Positions 31,029 through 41,315 of a stretch of DNA of 64,000 nucleotides are shown in pieces. The stretch is taken from positions 99,995 through 163,994 of IMG/VR virus record IMGVR_UViG_3300046453_000063. One strand, 5' to 3'. The notes beneath the pieces were generated by a model. That model saw nothing but the letters and a program-made list of their open reading frames with translations. It made no database searches and had not been told where the DNA came from. Each line of letters begins with the position of its first letter. The first letter of the stretch is position 1. Position numbers and translations under genes: made by a program. The DNA is from a virus.

Positions 31029-31108
31029 ATTTAAAGAGTAAATATATGTAGACAAAGAAAAATATATGTGATATGATGTAAATATCAAATGAAGCGGAGA
31101 TGATACAT

Positions 31109-31279
31109 ATGAAATATCTAACGCTCAAGAATATGGAAAAGGCAACCAAAATGATTGCAGATAAAGGATATGAGTGGAACAAGGCAAATCAAATTTCAAT
31201 TGATTGTTTCGAAAAATCAAAAAGAGCTGGAATGTCTGTTGAGTTTTTCATTTCTAAAATTGAAATAAAGACACTGTAA
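31109..31279 (+). CDS. Hypothetical 56-aa protein (not in track)
   Basis: Motif promoter TAGACA-17-TATGAT; GGAG RBS. Confidence 0.55.
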   Translation: MKYLTLKNMEKATKMIADKGYEWNKANQISIDCFEKSKRAGMSVEFFISKIEIKTL

Positions 31280-31325
31280 AATGATAATTTCATAAGAATA
31301 AAAATAAGATAATGGAGGAATTATA

Positions 31326-31538
31326 ATGAAAATTAATAAAAAGAGTTTCCCTAAATGGGTCGATGTTGATAGTGCTGATGTTTTAAATCGTCTTAAGGGT
31401 ACAAAAGGATTAGAAACTAACTATCAACATGATATAGATTCAAATTCAAATGGACTTATGTATAGAATGGAATTTAATTACGGAACTTTGAAATGGGATT
31501 GTATAGATGTGTTTCAGAATGGATTTAAAATCACATAA
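31326..31538 (+). CDS. Hypothetical protein
   Basis: GGAGG RBS; flanked by boundary palindromes at 31276 and 31569. Confidence 0.6.
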   Translation: MKINKKSFPKWVDVDSADVLNRLKGTKGLETNYQHDIDSNSNGLMYRMEFNYGTLKWDCIDVFQNGFKIT

Positions 31539-31645
31539 ACGAAGTTATAGGATTTGTAGACAAGTATGATAAAAACAAGATTTTACGCAAATTATTAATT
31601 ATGTTATTGTGAAAATAAAATAGTTAAAAAAGGAGATAGACATAC

Positions 31646-31843
31646 ATGGTTAGGTATAAGGCGGTAATTTTTGAAACAAAACGAATTGAATTGGAATTTG
31701 AGGCAAGTAGCATGGAAGAAGCAAAACAAAATGTCAGACAAAATAAAGAGAATGCAGGGGAAATAATTAGAGAATTACCAATTGAAAAGGAGGCTAGAAT
31801 TACAAGTGATGCGGATAGGGTACATGTGGTATTTCTAGCATAA
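31646..31843 (+). CDS. Hypothetical protein
   Basis: AAGGAG RBS. Confidence 0.6.
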   Translation: MVRYKAVIFETKRIELEFEASSMEEAKQNVRQNKENAGEIIRELPIEKEARITSDADRVHVVFLA

Positions 31844-32060
31844 TGATGCAATAAATAGGATAGATACTTTAAAATTTAACTTTATCATAATAAGAATGAA
31901 TATTTATACGATACTTAGTTTATAAGTGTCGTATTTTTCATGAAAATATACACAAAAGAGTATTAATATTCTATACAACAATTTAATGAATAAATATATA
32001 CAAATAAATAAAAGTGTGATATGATGTATTCATAAGATTAATACATAGGAGGTAAGGAAC

Positions 32061-32246
32061 ATGAAATTTGAGCGTGGAGTACCATATGAAATCACGTATA
32101 AGGACATAAAGAAATCGAAGGTTGGAACGTATCTCTGTTCAAGTGATGGAGTTAATATATTTTTTGATATAACCGGTGAATTTTGTGTAAGTGATACGTT
32201 CATCAAAAATGGTCGTGTCAATATTGAAGAAATAGCAGACATTTAG
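32061..32246 (+). CDS. Hypothetical protein, paralog of 25332-25535
   Basis: GGAGG RBS; alignment to the 25332 ORF. Confidence 0.7.
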   Translation: MKFERGVPYEITYKDIKKSKVGTYLCSSDGVNIFFDITGEFCVSDTFIKNGRVNIEEIADI

Positions 32247-32278
32247 TGAATTACTCATTTTAATAGGAGTGAAATCCC

Positions 32279-32503
32279 ATGACAGATAAAGTTATATGTA
32301 AATATATGAGTTTGGTAATTAGGAATTCAAAAGCAAAATTCCTTTATGATAAAACATCTGTTGAAGGACATACGTTTATCAGAGAGGATTGGAAAAATGG
32401 CTTTACAATAACAGAAGAGGTTTTTCAACATCTTCTTGATGGGAATAAAATAAAGGCTAACTTTGGAGTATCAAAAGGAGTGTTTTGGTTAACAACACGA
32501 TAA
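32279..32503 (+). CDS. Hypothetical protein
   Basis: AGGAG RBS. Confidence 0.55.
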   Translation: MTDKVICKYMSLVIRNSKAKFLYDKTSVEGHTFIREDWKNGFTITEEVFQHLLDGNKIKANFGVSKGVFWLTTR

Positions 32504-32841
32504 ACGAGTTATGATCACCTCAAGGATAAATAATTTAGGTATCCACTTCATAGGCCCCTGCCTCAATAGTATACTAAGTATTAAATGAAGTTGGCTGGAT
32601 AGGAGCGAGATTTTGTGATAAATAAAAGATGGTTTAAATGGTCTGTAGTAGTGAAAACGGAATCCTAAGATTCAATTGGTAGAACCTGATAAAACCCGTC
32701 TTTTACGTAAACTTTATAAGCACATATGCTTATATGATACGATACTTGATAAACAGGTATCGTTTTTTAATTTATATTGAAAAATATTTAAAAATAAAAA
32801 TATGTCAATGAAAAATATTTATTGCTTTTAATCAAAACCCA

Positions 32842-32895
32842 TTGACGTACATACGACAGTGTGGTATATTTATATCAAGAAGTCGCACATACGAC
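32842..32895 (+). promoter_or_regulatory. Sigma-A promoter with two 14-bp operator copies
   Basis: TTGACG-17-TATATT; GACGTACATACGAC (32844-32857) and GTCGCACATACGAC (32882-32895). Confidence 0.7.
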
Positions 32896-32944
32896 AAAAA
32901 AGCCGCAGCTACAATAGGGTAGCGGGTACAGGGAGCTAATTAAA

Positions 32945-33112
32945 ATGCAAATTCAAACTTTTACCGCAGTAAAGTCGCTATGGCCTAATATGGAAGGTAA
33001 CGCTTATTGGACTATTACAGATGGAGTTGTTGAAAAGGGAGAATTCGGAAGCGAAAAGGAAGCCATTGACAACATGGAGCGGATCATTGGTAATTGGCGG
33101 TGTGATTCCTAA
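32945..33112 (+). CDS. Small 55-aa protein (not in track), candidate anti-CRISPR
   Basis: AGGGAG RBS; stop overlaps next ATG (TAATG); MQIQTFTAVKSLWPNMEGNAYWTITDGVVEKGEFGSEKEAIDNMERIIGNWRCDS. Confidence 0.55.
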   Translation: MQIQTFTAVKSLWPNMEGNAYWTITDGVVEKGEFGSEKEAIDNMERIIGNWRCDS

Positions 33113-33582
33113 TGGATATTCGTAGTGTTAAATTTGCACAGTTAATGGCAATTGCGAATGTTCTAGGGGAAAGAGTCATTGACAGGAATGAGTACGGAAT
33201 GGGAAAAGAAGTTGGAATAGCTGGTGTGCATTTGACCAACATGCAACGAAAGCCAGCCATCACCTTAGAGCGCATTCACCGGGATCTGATGGAGCATGCG
33301 GAGAGGTTTGGAAAACATGAATTGGTTCTCCTAGATATGTTTGGGGAGATCATGGCAGATTTATCAGTGGAAGAATTCACAAACGAACCGTTGGATAAGA
33401 AATACTTACACGCCTATTACATCCAGCAAAACGCACTGGCGCAGGTGACAACCGTTAAGGGGTACGCTTTAAAGTCTGGATTAAACATTCGCACAATTCA
33501 GAGGATGTGTGTAGACGGAAGTTTAAAAGCTAAAAATGAATATGGAGTATGGTTAATTGAAGATACAGAAGAAAATCAATGA
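33112..33582 (+). CDS. Cas8c-C-terminal/Cas11-like helical domain fused to C-terminal HTH
   Basis: FAQLMAIAN...P..TLE...L...YLHAYY.Q resembles the Csd1 C-terminus; TVKGYALKSGLNIRTIQRMC..G.LKA...GVWLI is an HTH_17/MerR-like motif. Confidence 0.6.
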   Translation: MDIRSVKFAQLMAIANVLGERVIDRNEYGMGKEVGIAGVHLTNMQRKPAITLERIHRDLMEHAERFGKHELVLLDMFGEIMADLSVEEFTNEPLDKKYLHAYYIQQNALAQVTTVKGYALKSGLNIRTIQRMCVDGSLKAKNEYGVWLIEDTEENQ

Positions 33583-33705
33583 GGATTATTATGTTAGATG
33601 TATTTGTGGAACCCATAATCACAACACACGGTCACAATAGGCCATTACTTACGCGATTTCCAGCGATGTGTTACTATGGCAGAAAGAGCTGTAGGAGGCG
33701 TTAGA

Positions 33706-33960
33706 ATGGCTTATACAACGTGTAGGGATGAATTGCTGAAGACAGTCAAAAAGCTTGTGAAAGATAAAGGTAAGAATGAATTCACACCTATTGAAGTCTT
33801 AACCTTAATGTTGCAAAACGGGTCTAATTACAATGTAAAAACGATACGAACACATATTGTTTCAAAGTGCTGCATTAACGCAAATCAGAATCATATTGAA
33901 GTATTTAATGATTACCGGAGACTGGAACGAGGAAAGTATGAGTTGATTAATTTTGAATAA
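33706..33960 (+). CDS. Small winged-helix-like protein
   Basis: AGGAGG RBS; TCRDE...FT..EV...TIRTHIVS.CC.NA...RG.Y pattern. Confidence 0.6.
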   Translation: MAYTTCRDELLKTVKKLVKDKGKNEFTPIEVLTLMLQNGSNYNVKTIRTHIVSKCCINANQNHIEVFNDYRRLERGKYELINFE

Positions 33961-34091
33961 GGAATAAAATTCTTAGTGAATTGATCATTGAGCATATTTT
34001 AATTAATAAATATATGTTTGACAAGAACGGATATGTGGTGTATTATAGTAGATAAGAAGAGAACACAATACATAGTGCGGAGGCGGTAACA

Positions 34092-34319
34092 ATGACAGGT
34101 GAAAATTTTAAAATGTTGAATCGTAAAAATTCGAAGATCGAAAGTTTGAAAAATGAATTAGAAAATGCAAAAGAAGCATTTACCAAATATTCTAAAAAAG
34201 GCGAAGATGAAAATTGGTCTTGGGATCAATTGCACAAGTTAGAAGATGAGGCTAAAATGATAGAGTACAGACTGGATTGTGAAATTTACGAAGACAACAG
34301 ACGAAGAAACTGGAAGTAG
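34092..34319 (+). CDS. Hypothetical coiled-coil protein
   Basis: Motif promoter TTGACA; GGAGG RBS. Confidence 0.6.
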   Translation: MTGENFKMLNRKNSKIESLKNELENAKEAFTKYSKKGEDENWSWDQLHKLEDEAKMIEYRLDCEIYEDNRRRNWK

Positions 34320-34336
34320 GGGGATGGGAAATAAGT

Positions 34337-34552
34337 ATGAATAAAAGTGATTTTAAAGAAGGATACAAACAAGGCGAAATGAAAGAAGCGGTTTCTGCAC
34401 TTCGAAATCTTTACAAAATATATGATCAGATTACACCAGCACCACACAAAAATGATTACATAAATACTTACATTGCAGATCTTGAACATTTCACAGGCAA
34501 GAATCGTAAATACTTTGATAATGAAGAAGATGCTTTTTCAGAAGAATTTTAA
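34337..34552 (+). CDS. Hypothetical protein
   Basis: G-rich RBS; operonic. Confidence 0.55.
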   Translation: MNKSDFKEGYKQGEMKEAVSALRNLYKIYDQITPAPHKNDYINTYIADLEHFTGKNRKYFDNEEDAFSEEF

Positions 34553-34602
34553 ATAACTATGTAAAAATTTTAATTTCACTATAAGACGGAGAGTGGAAAA
34601 GT

Positions 34603-34794
34603 ATGGGTAAAGACATTAGCGAACCAGTATTAAAAATCGTTTGTGGGGTGCTTACAGCTTTCGTAGTAATCAAAATGGGAATTTCTTTTGCTAATCAAGA
34701 TTATAATTCTTTTGTTGCGAGATCATGTTTCCTGTTATTCATAGTTGCAATCTATCTTGTTACTATGAAATCACTTAAAAAAGAGAAAGATTGA
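34603..34794 (+). CDS. Small two-TM membrane protein
   Basis: Two hydrophobic segments; flanked by boundary palindromes. Confidence 0.55.
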   Translation: MGKDISEPVLKIVCGVLTAFVVIKMGISFANQDYNSFVARSCFLLFIVAIYLVTMKSLKKEKD

Positions 34795-34927
34795 GTAATC
34801 AAATTTTGAATGAAATGTCAATTTCACATAGATTACTGTATTCAAAATGAAAATATAGGTATTGACTTTGAAACATGCGCGTGTTAAGATGTAAATATAA
34901 GGAACGAAATTAAAAGGAGTGGTTAAC

Positions 34928-35362
34928 ATGACGGAAGTAATCGAAGTGGTTAAGGTAGATGGAAGAGGTAAGAATATCAAACATTTTGATCTTCTGGAAG
35001 TTAACACTTCCTATCTTGATTCTTTCAGAAACAGCAAATACCCAGAATGGAATACAAATAAGAAACAAAGTAGTTCCTGGGCGCAATACAAGGTTAGTTT
35101 CGGAAAGTTTCTTGAGTCTATTGACAAAGATGCCGTTACAATTAATGAAGAAGAGCTAGTAACATTTATTGAATCTTTTGAAAATGAAGAGGTAAAAAAG
35201 AATCGCACCGTACATGTCAGAACATTGCTGACACACATTCTAACACACAACATTGAAAACTGCCGTGATCATGCAAGCAAATTTGTATTAGTATTTACAG
35301 GAAGTGTTGCTGCTTGGTTGGTTGATGATAAAGAATTGTTAGCAAGAATTGAAAAAATGTAA
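34928..35362 (+). CDS. Protein resembling a stand-alone integrase SAM-like (core-binding) domain
   Basis: QYKVSFGKFLESIDKDAVTINEEELVTFI...NRTVHVRTLL pattern; AAGGAG RBS. Confidence 0.45.
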   Translation: MTEVIEVVKVDGRGKNIKHFDLLEVNTSYLDSFRNSKYPEWNTNKKQSSSWAQYKVSFGKFLESIDKDAVTINEEELVTFIESFENEEVKKNRTVHVRTLLTHILTHNIENCRDHASKFVLVFTGSVAAWLVDDKELLARIEKM

Positions 35363-35377
35363 TAAGGAAGTGACACC

Positions 35378-35620
35378 ATGAACTTTGGACAATACATTAA
35401 GAATCTAATCGAGGAGAGAGGCTACCGCATTCCCTGGGTAGCCGATAAAGTTGGAATTCATGAAAAAACACTACATGGAAAAATAAGAAGAGACAGCTTT
35501 AGTTATGATGAAATGATTGGGCTGGCAGTTTTCTTTAATATAGATTTAAATCAGTTTAAGGAATATGAAGAATTCGAAAAATACAAAAACCCATTTGCCG
35601 GAGGTAATGAAAATGATTAA
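35378..35620 (+). CDS. XRE-family HTH protein
   Basis: IPWVADKVGIHEKTLHGKI...FSYDEMIGLA. Confidence 0.75.
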   Translation: MNFGQYIKNLIEERGYRIPWVADKVGIHEKTLHGKIRRDSFSYDEMIGLAVFFNIDLNQFKEYEEFEKYKNPFAGGNEND

Positions 35621-36629
35621 AAAAGCTAATATCTAATGGAGTGCAAAGCAGCTTACAAAGTCAATTCAAAAAGGGAATATTAAATTTGATAATGCCGTTC
35701 AACGTGGTTATGTGTGGGACCAAGACAGAAAGTCTTTGCTTATTCACTCTCTCATTGAAGGATATCCTGTGCCAGCGTTCTACGCCGTCAAAGACGAGAA
35801 TAGCCAGTATAGTATGCTTGATGGAAAACAGAGATCAGAGGCTATCAGCGGCTTTCTAAACGGTGAATATGAACTAACCAATGTGCCTGAAATTAACATT
35901 GGTGATGAAGGCGAAACACTCAACATCAACGGCCTGAAATTCGCCGATTTACCGGAAGATGCGAGAGATGAAATTGAAAGTTATTCATTAACTGTTTATT
36001 ACTTTGACAGCCAAATTACCGATGATGAAATTAATGAATTATTTTTCAGACTCAATAACGGCAAGCCATTGACAAGTATTGAGCTTGGTCGAGTTAAAGC
36101 AAAATCAATTGAAACAATCCAGGAAATCGGTAAACACGATCTATTCAAAACAACGTTAACAGAAAAGGCCATTAACAAATATACGAATGAAGAAATTGTT
36201 ATTAAGTCGTGGGCAATGCTGAACGTTGAACAGCCCTCATTTGAAACTAAATCAATTCGACCTCTGATTGAAACGGCAGATATTACACCAGAGCAAACAG
36301 AGAAAATTAAAGTTGCCTATGATCGAATTCTGGAGACTTACAATTCAATCAAGCAAATTAATGATAAAGAACATAATAAAATTGCAAAACGAATCATCAC
36401 ACGGACACACTTAATTGCATTGGTTCCTGTTGCCGTTAAATCAGCTAGTGATGGAGTTGAGATTTCCGATTTTACAAAATGGGCAACATCATTTTTTAGC
36501 GGAAAGAAATCTGCAAGCGTGAGCGAAGTATATAATAGCGCAATTGGTTCTGGATCTGCTAAACCGGAAAGTATCAAGAAAAGAAATGATTCGATTATGG
36601 AAAGTTACAATGAACAATTCTCAAACTAA
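35613..36629 (+). pseudogene. DUF262 (ParB-like/GmrSD N-terminal) gene interrupted by in-frame TAA at codon 8
   Basis: GGAGG RBS, ATG 35613, MIKKANI-stop(35634-35636)-WSAKQL...QRGYVW; downstream DGKQR and FFRLNNG motifs. Confidence 0.75.
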
Positions 36630-36822
36630 CCACACATGCACTTACTGCAATAAGCCCGTTACACAAGCAGCATACAATTATTGTCTGTCTAATGGGCTTC
36701 CTGTGGCTTGCTACAAGTGTCAATATATTAAAGGAATAAGTATATATAGTATACACCAGAGAATGCGACAGAGGGTCAATGAGGGGGTTGTGACGATGAA
36801 CTTAGGTAGCGAGGAGGAATAA
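36610..36822 (+). CDS. Small zinc-finger protein sharing its domain with the 26001 ORF
   Basis: CTYCNKPVTQAAYNYCLSNGLPVACYKCQ. Confidence 0.6.
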   Translation: MNNSQTNHTCTYCNKPVTQAAYNYCLSNGLPVACYKCQYIKGISIYSIHQRMRQRVNEGVVTMNLGSEEE

Positions 36823-37051
36823 GAATGAATATGCTAAGGGGAAGAGTTAAGGATTTTTGGTCTAATAATTGGACGCTAGTTGCTGCTATTGTGATTTGGG
36901 GATTCTGGATTGTGAAGGTTGTTGGGTAGTTGAATAAATGATTTAAAGAATAAATATAAGTTGTTAAATATATTTGAGTATGATATGATTACATCAAGAA
37001 ATACATAGAGTTAATGCTGATCAAACAACACGATTTCATGGGGAATAGGAG

Positions 37052-37285
37052 ATGGTTAAAATGTCATTTACGGATCGTTTGGAATTAGCCTGTGAATTAC
37101 AGCGTAGAGGTTTTTATCCGTACAGTATTCTTAAGACACCTAGAAAATTTGAAGAGTTTTATTTAAAAAGTAACAGTGTAGATTATGTTGAATTTGAGTG
37201 GATCGACAACAACAGAAATGATACCTCAATTGGAATCAAAATTGGGCAGAATGAGCACGGAGAAGGGATATATTGTATTCAATAA
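37052..37285 (+). CDS. Hypothetical protein
   Basis: Downstream of motif promoter; stop lies inside a boundary palindrome. Confidence 0.55.
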   Translation: MVKMSFTDRLELACELQRRGFYPYSILKTPRKFEEFYLKSNSVDYVEFEWIDNNRNDTSIGIKIGQNEHGEGIYCIQ

Positions 37286-37315
37286 AAACAGTATTTCATA
37301 AGGAGGATACCAAAG

Positions 37316-37546
37316 ATGAAAGAGCATACAGGTAGGGTAGTGAAATTCACTAGTAACCATGGTAATGAGTTTCGAACAGGTGATTTGGCAGTATGTATGG
37401 ATGGCGAATCAAAACTTTTTCTGGGGTTAAGCGGGATTAATATGATGCGTATGTGGTACGAATCCGGTTCATATGAAGTATTGCCAACAATTAAATCAGA
37501 TATCGAAGAATTGTTGTCGGTAGTACGCTGCAAGTATTTTCAGTAA
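37316..37546 (+). CDS. Hypothetical protein
   Basis: AAGGAGG RBS; boundary palindromes on both sides. Confidence 0.6.
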   Translation: MKEHTGRVVKFTSNHGNEFRTGDLAVCMDGESKLFLGLSGINMMRMWYESGSYEVLPTIKSDIEELLSVVRCKYFQ

Positions 37547-38715
37547 AAGCAGGATTTGATCAAAACTTTAGGGGATGAGTTATAGGTGGAACTGTATATC
37601 AATCAAACAGTACTAGTGCTGCCCAACAATAAATTTGGGAGAGTGAAAATGCTTGATGTCAAAACGTTACTTGTGAGATTTCACGATAAGTCAGTGAGTG
37701 AATATAGTTTTGACGAAATATCACCGTGTATGTTCTGATGAAACAGTTATATTATTAAAAAGTAAATATATCTATCAAAAGGTCTTAAAAGGGTGTAAAA
37801 GGTCTAATAAGGTTATCATAGGCCATATAAGGGGTGATATCATATGCAAACAGCAATCCGTTGCCGTGATGATCAAGGAAATATTATCATGAGTGTACGT
37901 GAAGAAAAAATCAAAACTCTACCCGATGTAATAGCAGATATTGAAAAAGCTATAATCATTGTTGGCGTAGTATTCATAGTTGTTGTAACTGCCGTAGCAG
38001 TATTGTTATAAATAAAAATACAAATACATATCACAATCACGAGAATACACATCTAGAATATAACTGGTGTGTATTTTTCTTTGTGATAATTACAAATTAA
38101 AAGGAGTTGTAACCCTCTATATGCCATCATATGACCATTATCTAGTTGAAGCTGAACATTCATCTCATCCATTTGAAACTGGCCTTATATCGTCTTTTAG
38201 TGTGGCTAACAAGGTATATAAACGCTGGCAGAGTGATCCATGGGTTAGCAATGTCAGATTAATGAAATGCACTAACCAGGGAAGAGTACATATAGAAATT
38301 TAATGAATAAATATATTGACTTAAATATAAAATCATGATAAGATTATTACAGATAAGAAACACATACATACATGAGGTGAAACGGATTAATGTATCAAGT
38401 AAAAATCATTGAAAAGATTTGTGGTAAGTTAGCAGTTAGCGTTCATGTTTTTAATGATGAAGCAGAAATGAAACAGTTTGTGAAATTACGCAGAAAAGAA
38501 CGTGCGTTAGTGTTTGTACAAAATAATGAGAAATGTCTTAGGAGGTAAATATAATGAATGAAGTTAGATTGTTTATGTGGCTGAAACAGCAGCACCAAAA
38601 CAATGATAAGTTAACACTGAATGAACGTGTTATGATTAAGAAGAGAATGGTGAGTATTGCTGAGAAGCATGTTAAGTTTTGATAAATTTATGTGTTTATG
38701 GGGAGTTGATCTTAA

Positions 38716-38955
38716 ATGAGTATAAGTGCAATTGAAATTAACAGACAATCATTGCTTGAAATCCTTGAGAAAATGAGAAAAGACGAGCTGATCCCAAACA
38801 CATATCAATACGCTGGCGCAGAGATTATTAACTTCAATGATACTCCTCAGATCCGATTGAACTTTGAAGAATGGTCTTACCCATTTGTTGCTGGAAGAGA
38901 AACATCAAGAATGCTGCCAGAACAGTTTTATGATGAAGTACTAGAGCAGTTATAA
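38716..38955 (+). CDS. Hypothetical protein
   Basis: GGGAG RBS; boundary palindromes on both sides. Confidence 0.6.
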   Translation: MSISAIEINRQSLLEILEKMRKDELIPNTYQYAGAEIINFNDTPQIRLNFEEWSYPFVAGRETSRMLPEQFYDEVLEQL

Positions 38956-39214
38956 TTAAACTATATTTTCATAAGGAGATGAAAGTTACAATGACAAGAA
39001 CCTTAAAAGTTAAGGTAGAAAATATTAGTTCTTTGGCTAAGGAAAAATTAATTATTATCCTGTTGATCTTATATCATTCTGGCAGACGTTTACTAAAGGT
39101 AAAGATGATGACATTGTAGATATTGAATTTTCAAGTGTGATCGAATTTGACAAAGCAAAAGAAATTCTTAATTTGCAGTAAAATAAGTCTATTATCAAGA
39201 AATGGAGGTTAATT

Positions 39215-39418
39215 ATGAGTAAAGAACTAATCTGTCATGCTCCTCGTGAGCCGTATTTTACTGTTAGTAATATTTATATAGCGAGAGAAGAAACTGACGA
39301 AGATGGAACCCCTCTATTTATCATTAAAGACAATAAAGGTGATGAATATGCTTTTGCAGCAGTAGATGGTTGCGGAGAGTCAAGTTATGGCTTTAATTTT
39401 TACTTGTTGGAAGATTGA
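39215..39418 (+). CDS. Hypothetical acidic protein
   Basis: GGAGG RBS; boundary palindromes at 39178 and 39419. Confidence 0.6.
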   Translation: MSKELICHAPREPYFTVSNIYIAREETDEDGTPLFIIKDNKGDEYAFAAVDGCGESSYGFNFYLLED

Positions 39419-39665
39419 ATGAAAGAGAAATTTTACTGAAAATTAAAATTAAATGGGAGGTTAAATGATGAAAGAATGTAGGCCATTACCACAAAATACT
39501 TTCATGGTTGAGACGGAAAGAGGAATCATTTTTGTTGACGCAAAATCACACAGAGAAGCAGAAAGCAAAGGGAAAAGTATGGGATATAAAAGTGTAGCCG
39601 CTTATGAAACTATTGAAGTTCATTGTGATTAAGTTTTAAAAATAAATATATAAGGGATGATACAT

Positions 39666-39839
39666 ATGAAAACATGGGATTTTATTGTTAACAATCAAGT
39701 TGTCGAAACCATTGACCAACAACAAAATAAGGAATCATTCTATTGGATTGTATTGGACAAAGTATATTCGCTCACACAGCGTTATGGAGCTTCTGTGGCT
39801 GTCTATAACCGCTCAGGAAAGGAGTACAGTTATGTATAA
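39666..39839 (+). CDS. Hypothetical protein
   Basis: AAGGGA RBS plus GATACATATG start context. Confidence 0.5.
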   Translation: MKTWDFIVNNQVVETIDQQQNKESFYWIVLDKVYSLTQRYGASVAVYNRSGKEYSYV

Positions 39840-40246
39840 GAATGGACGAGTTAAGGGCGGAAAATGCGTTGTGGTGACTGTGGAAGGGGTAGAAATTGGA
39901 TTACTTGATGCTGCAAATAAATATAGTGAAAATCATAAATAGTTGATGTGGCGGACATAAATATGTGTTCGCCATTTCCTTTTAATAAGTAAATATATGT
40001 TGAACAATAATTAAGTGTGTGGTAAAATAAAGGAGTCAAGAAGGATATTATACATATGAAGGAGAATGGTAAATTGAATGGTGATAATGCTAAAATGAGA
40101 TCAATCATTGCTGTACAAATTCGCGATCTGGAAGCACTGAAGGATTCTGTGATTTCTAAGTCATCGCCACAACGGTTAATGATGGTTGAGGCTGAGATTA
40201 AGGGATTGCATGTTAGGATGGCGAAGTATGCTTAAGTAAAATATTT

Positions 40247-40483
40247 ATGAAAAATGATCAATTAAAGTGTATGGCATACACATATAGTGCATCGAGGACG
40301 GAGGATGAAGCCATGAAGTGGATTTTGGTTAGGAGTTTACCATACACACATGAGTTTGAACTAGATGATGATGAAAGAGTGGAACTTAAATTATCGTGTC
40401 GTGAATCAGAGATTATGTATAAGTTGCGCGTAACTTTTGGACGTGATGTGGAAGCGGATCTGAGTATGTTAAAACCAGAATGA
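40247..40483 (+). CDS. Hypothetical protein
   Basis: ORF track; internal GGAGG suggests a later start. Confidence 0.45.
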   Translation: MKNDQLKCMAYTYSASRTEDEAMKWILVRSLPYTHEFELDDDERVELKLSCRESEIMYKLRVTFGRDVEADLSMLKPE

Positions 40484-40534
40484 AACCACAAAGTTTGTAG
40501 ATTATATTTATAAAAGGTTGATTTCATCAAGATA

Positions 40535-40780
40535 TTGGATTTAAAAAAGTCAATGAATACGGGGGTTTTTGAGATGGATAAATTTGAATATACTCATCTT
40601 ATTCAAGAGAGATTTGAAAGAGGATCGATTTGGTCGATTGTATCTGAAAATAAAAAAGAACGTTTGGATTTTCTTGACGATGTTAAAACATTAACGGTAT
40701 TAAATGCTATTGGTGAATTAGGATGGGAAGTTGTAGCTTTAGAAAGTAAAGTGTATTTACTGAAGAGAAAGATTTCTTAA
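40535..40780 (+). CDS. Hypothetical protein (DUF4177-like motif)
   Basis: FEY...LNAIGELGWEVV...YLLKR pattern. Confidence 0.55.
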   Translation: MDLKKSMNTGVFEMDKFEYTHLIQERFERGSIWSIVSENKKERLDFLDDVKTLTVLNAIGELGWEVVALESKVYLLKRKIS

Positions 40781-40812
40781 AGAAATAACTATTTCAAAAG
40801 GAGAGTGTCTGT

Positions 40813-41037
40813 GTGGATATTAAGCAAATCAATGAGATAATTAGTGGTAAGCCTTACTTTTTTAGTGTAATTCATGATTATACGCTTGAGCATGATCATA
40901 TACGTGGATTAGGTCTTTATGAGGAAGATATGATTCATCTAAGAACTATGATTCCTGAAGACTGGGCCTTTGTTGAAACGAGAAGAAACACTGAAAATGA
41001 TTTTTTAAGAATCAACATTGTAAAAGCAGCTAAATAA
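40813..41037 (+). CDS. Hypothetical protein
   Basis: AAGGAG RBS, GTG start. Confidence 0.55.
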   Translation: MDIKQINEIISGKPYFFSVIHDYTLEHDHIRGLGLYEEDMIHLRTMIPEDWAFVETRRNTENDFLRINIVKAAK

Positions 41038-41111
41038 TTAAATAAGTCTGTTTAAAAGGAATGTTTTATCGGATTACACATTAGACACATATAGCGAAGG
41101 AGAAAAGTAAA

Positions 41112-41315
41112 ATGACCTTTAAAATCCTTAAAGAACACAAGTATTTTCTTAATATTGGAGCGAAACGTCCAGAAGGATTTACTGGAATCATGACATCCAG
41201 TGAGCATATAGCGACATACAAAGGAAAAAGGGAAGATGGAACGTTCATCTTTGATGAAAATGGTTCTGAGTTGCTGGTATGTCCAAACGACATCAGAGGG
41301 ATATCAAACTTCTAA
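41112..41315 (+). CDS. Hypothetical protein
   Basis: AAGGAG RBS. Confidence 0.55.
   Translation: MTFKILKEHKYFLNIGAKRPEGFTGIMTSSEHIATYKGKREDGTFIFDENGSELLVCPNDIRGISNF

Noticed and set aside
33112-33582. Functional type I-C CRISPR-Cas locus
   Set aside because: No cas3, cas5, cas7 or array in the window; only a short Cas8c/Cas11-like domain.
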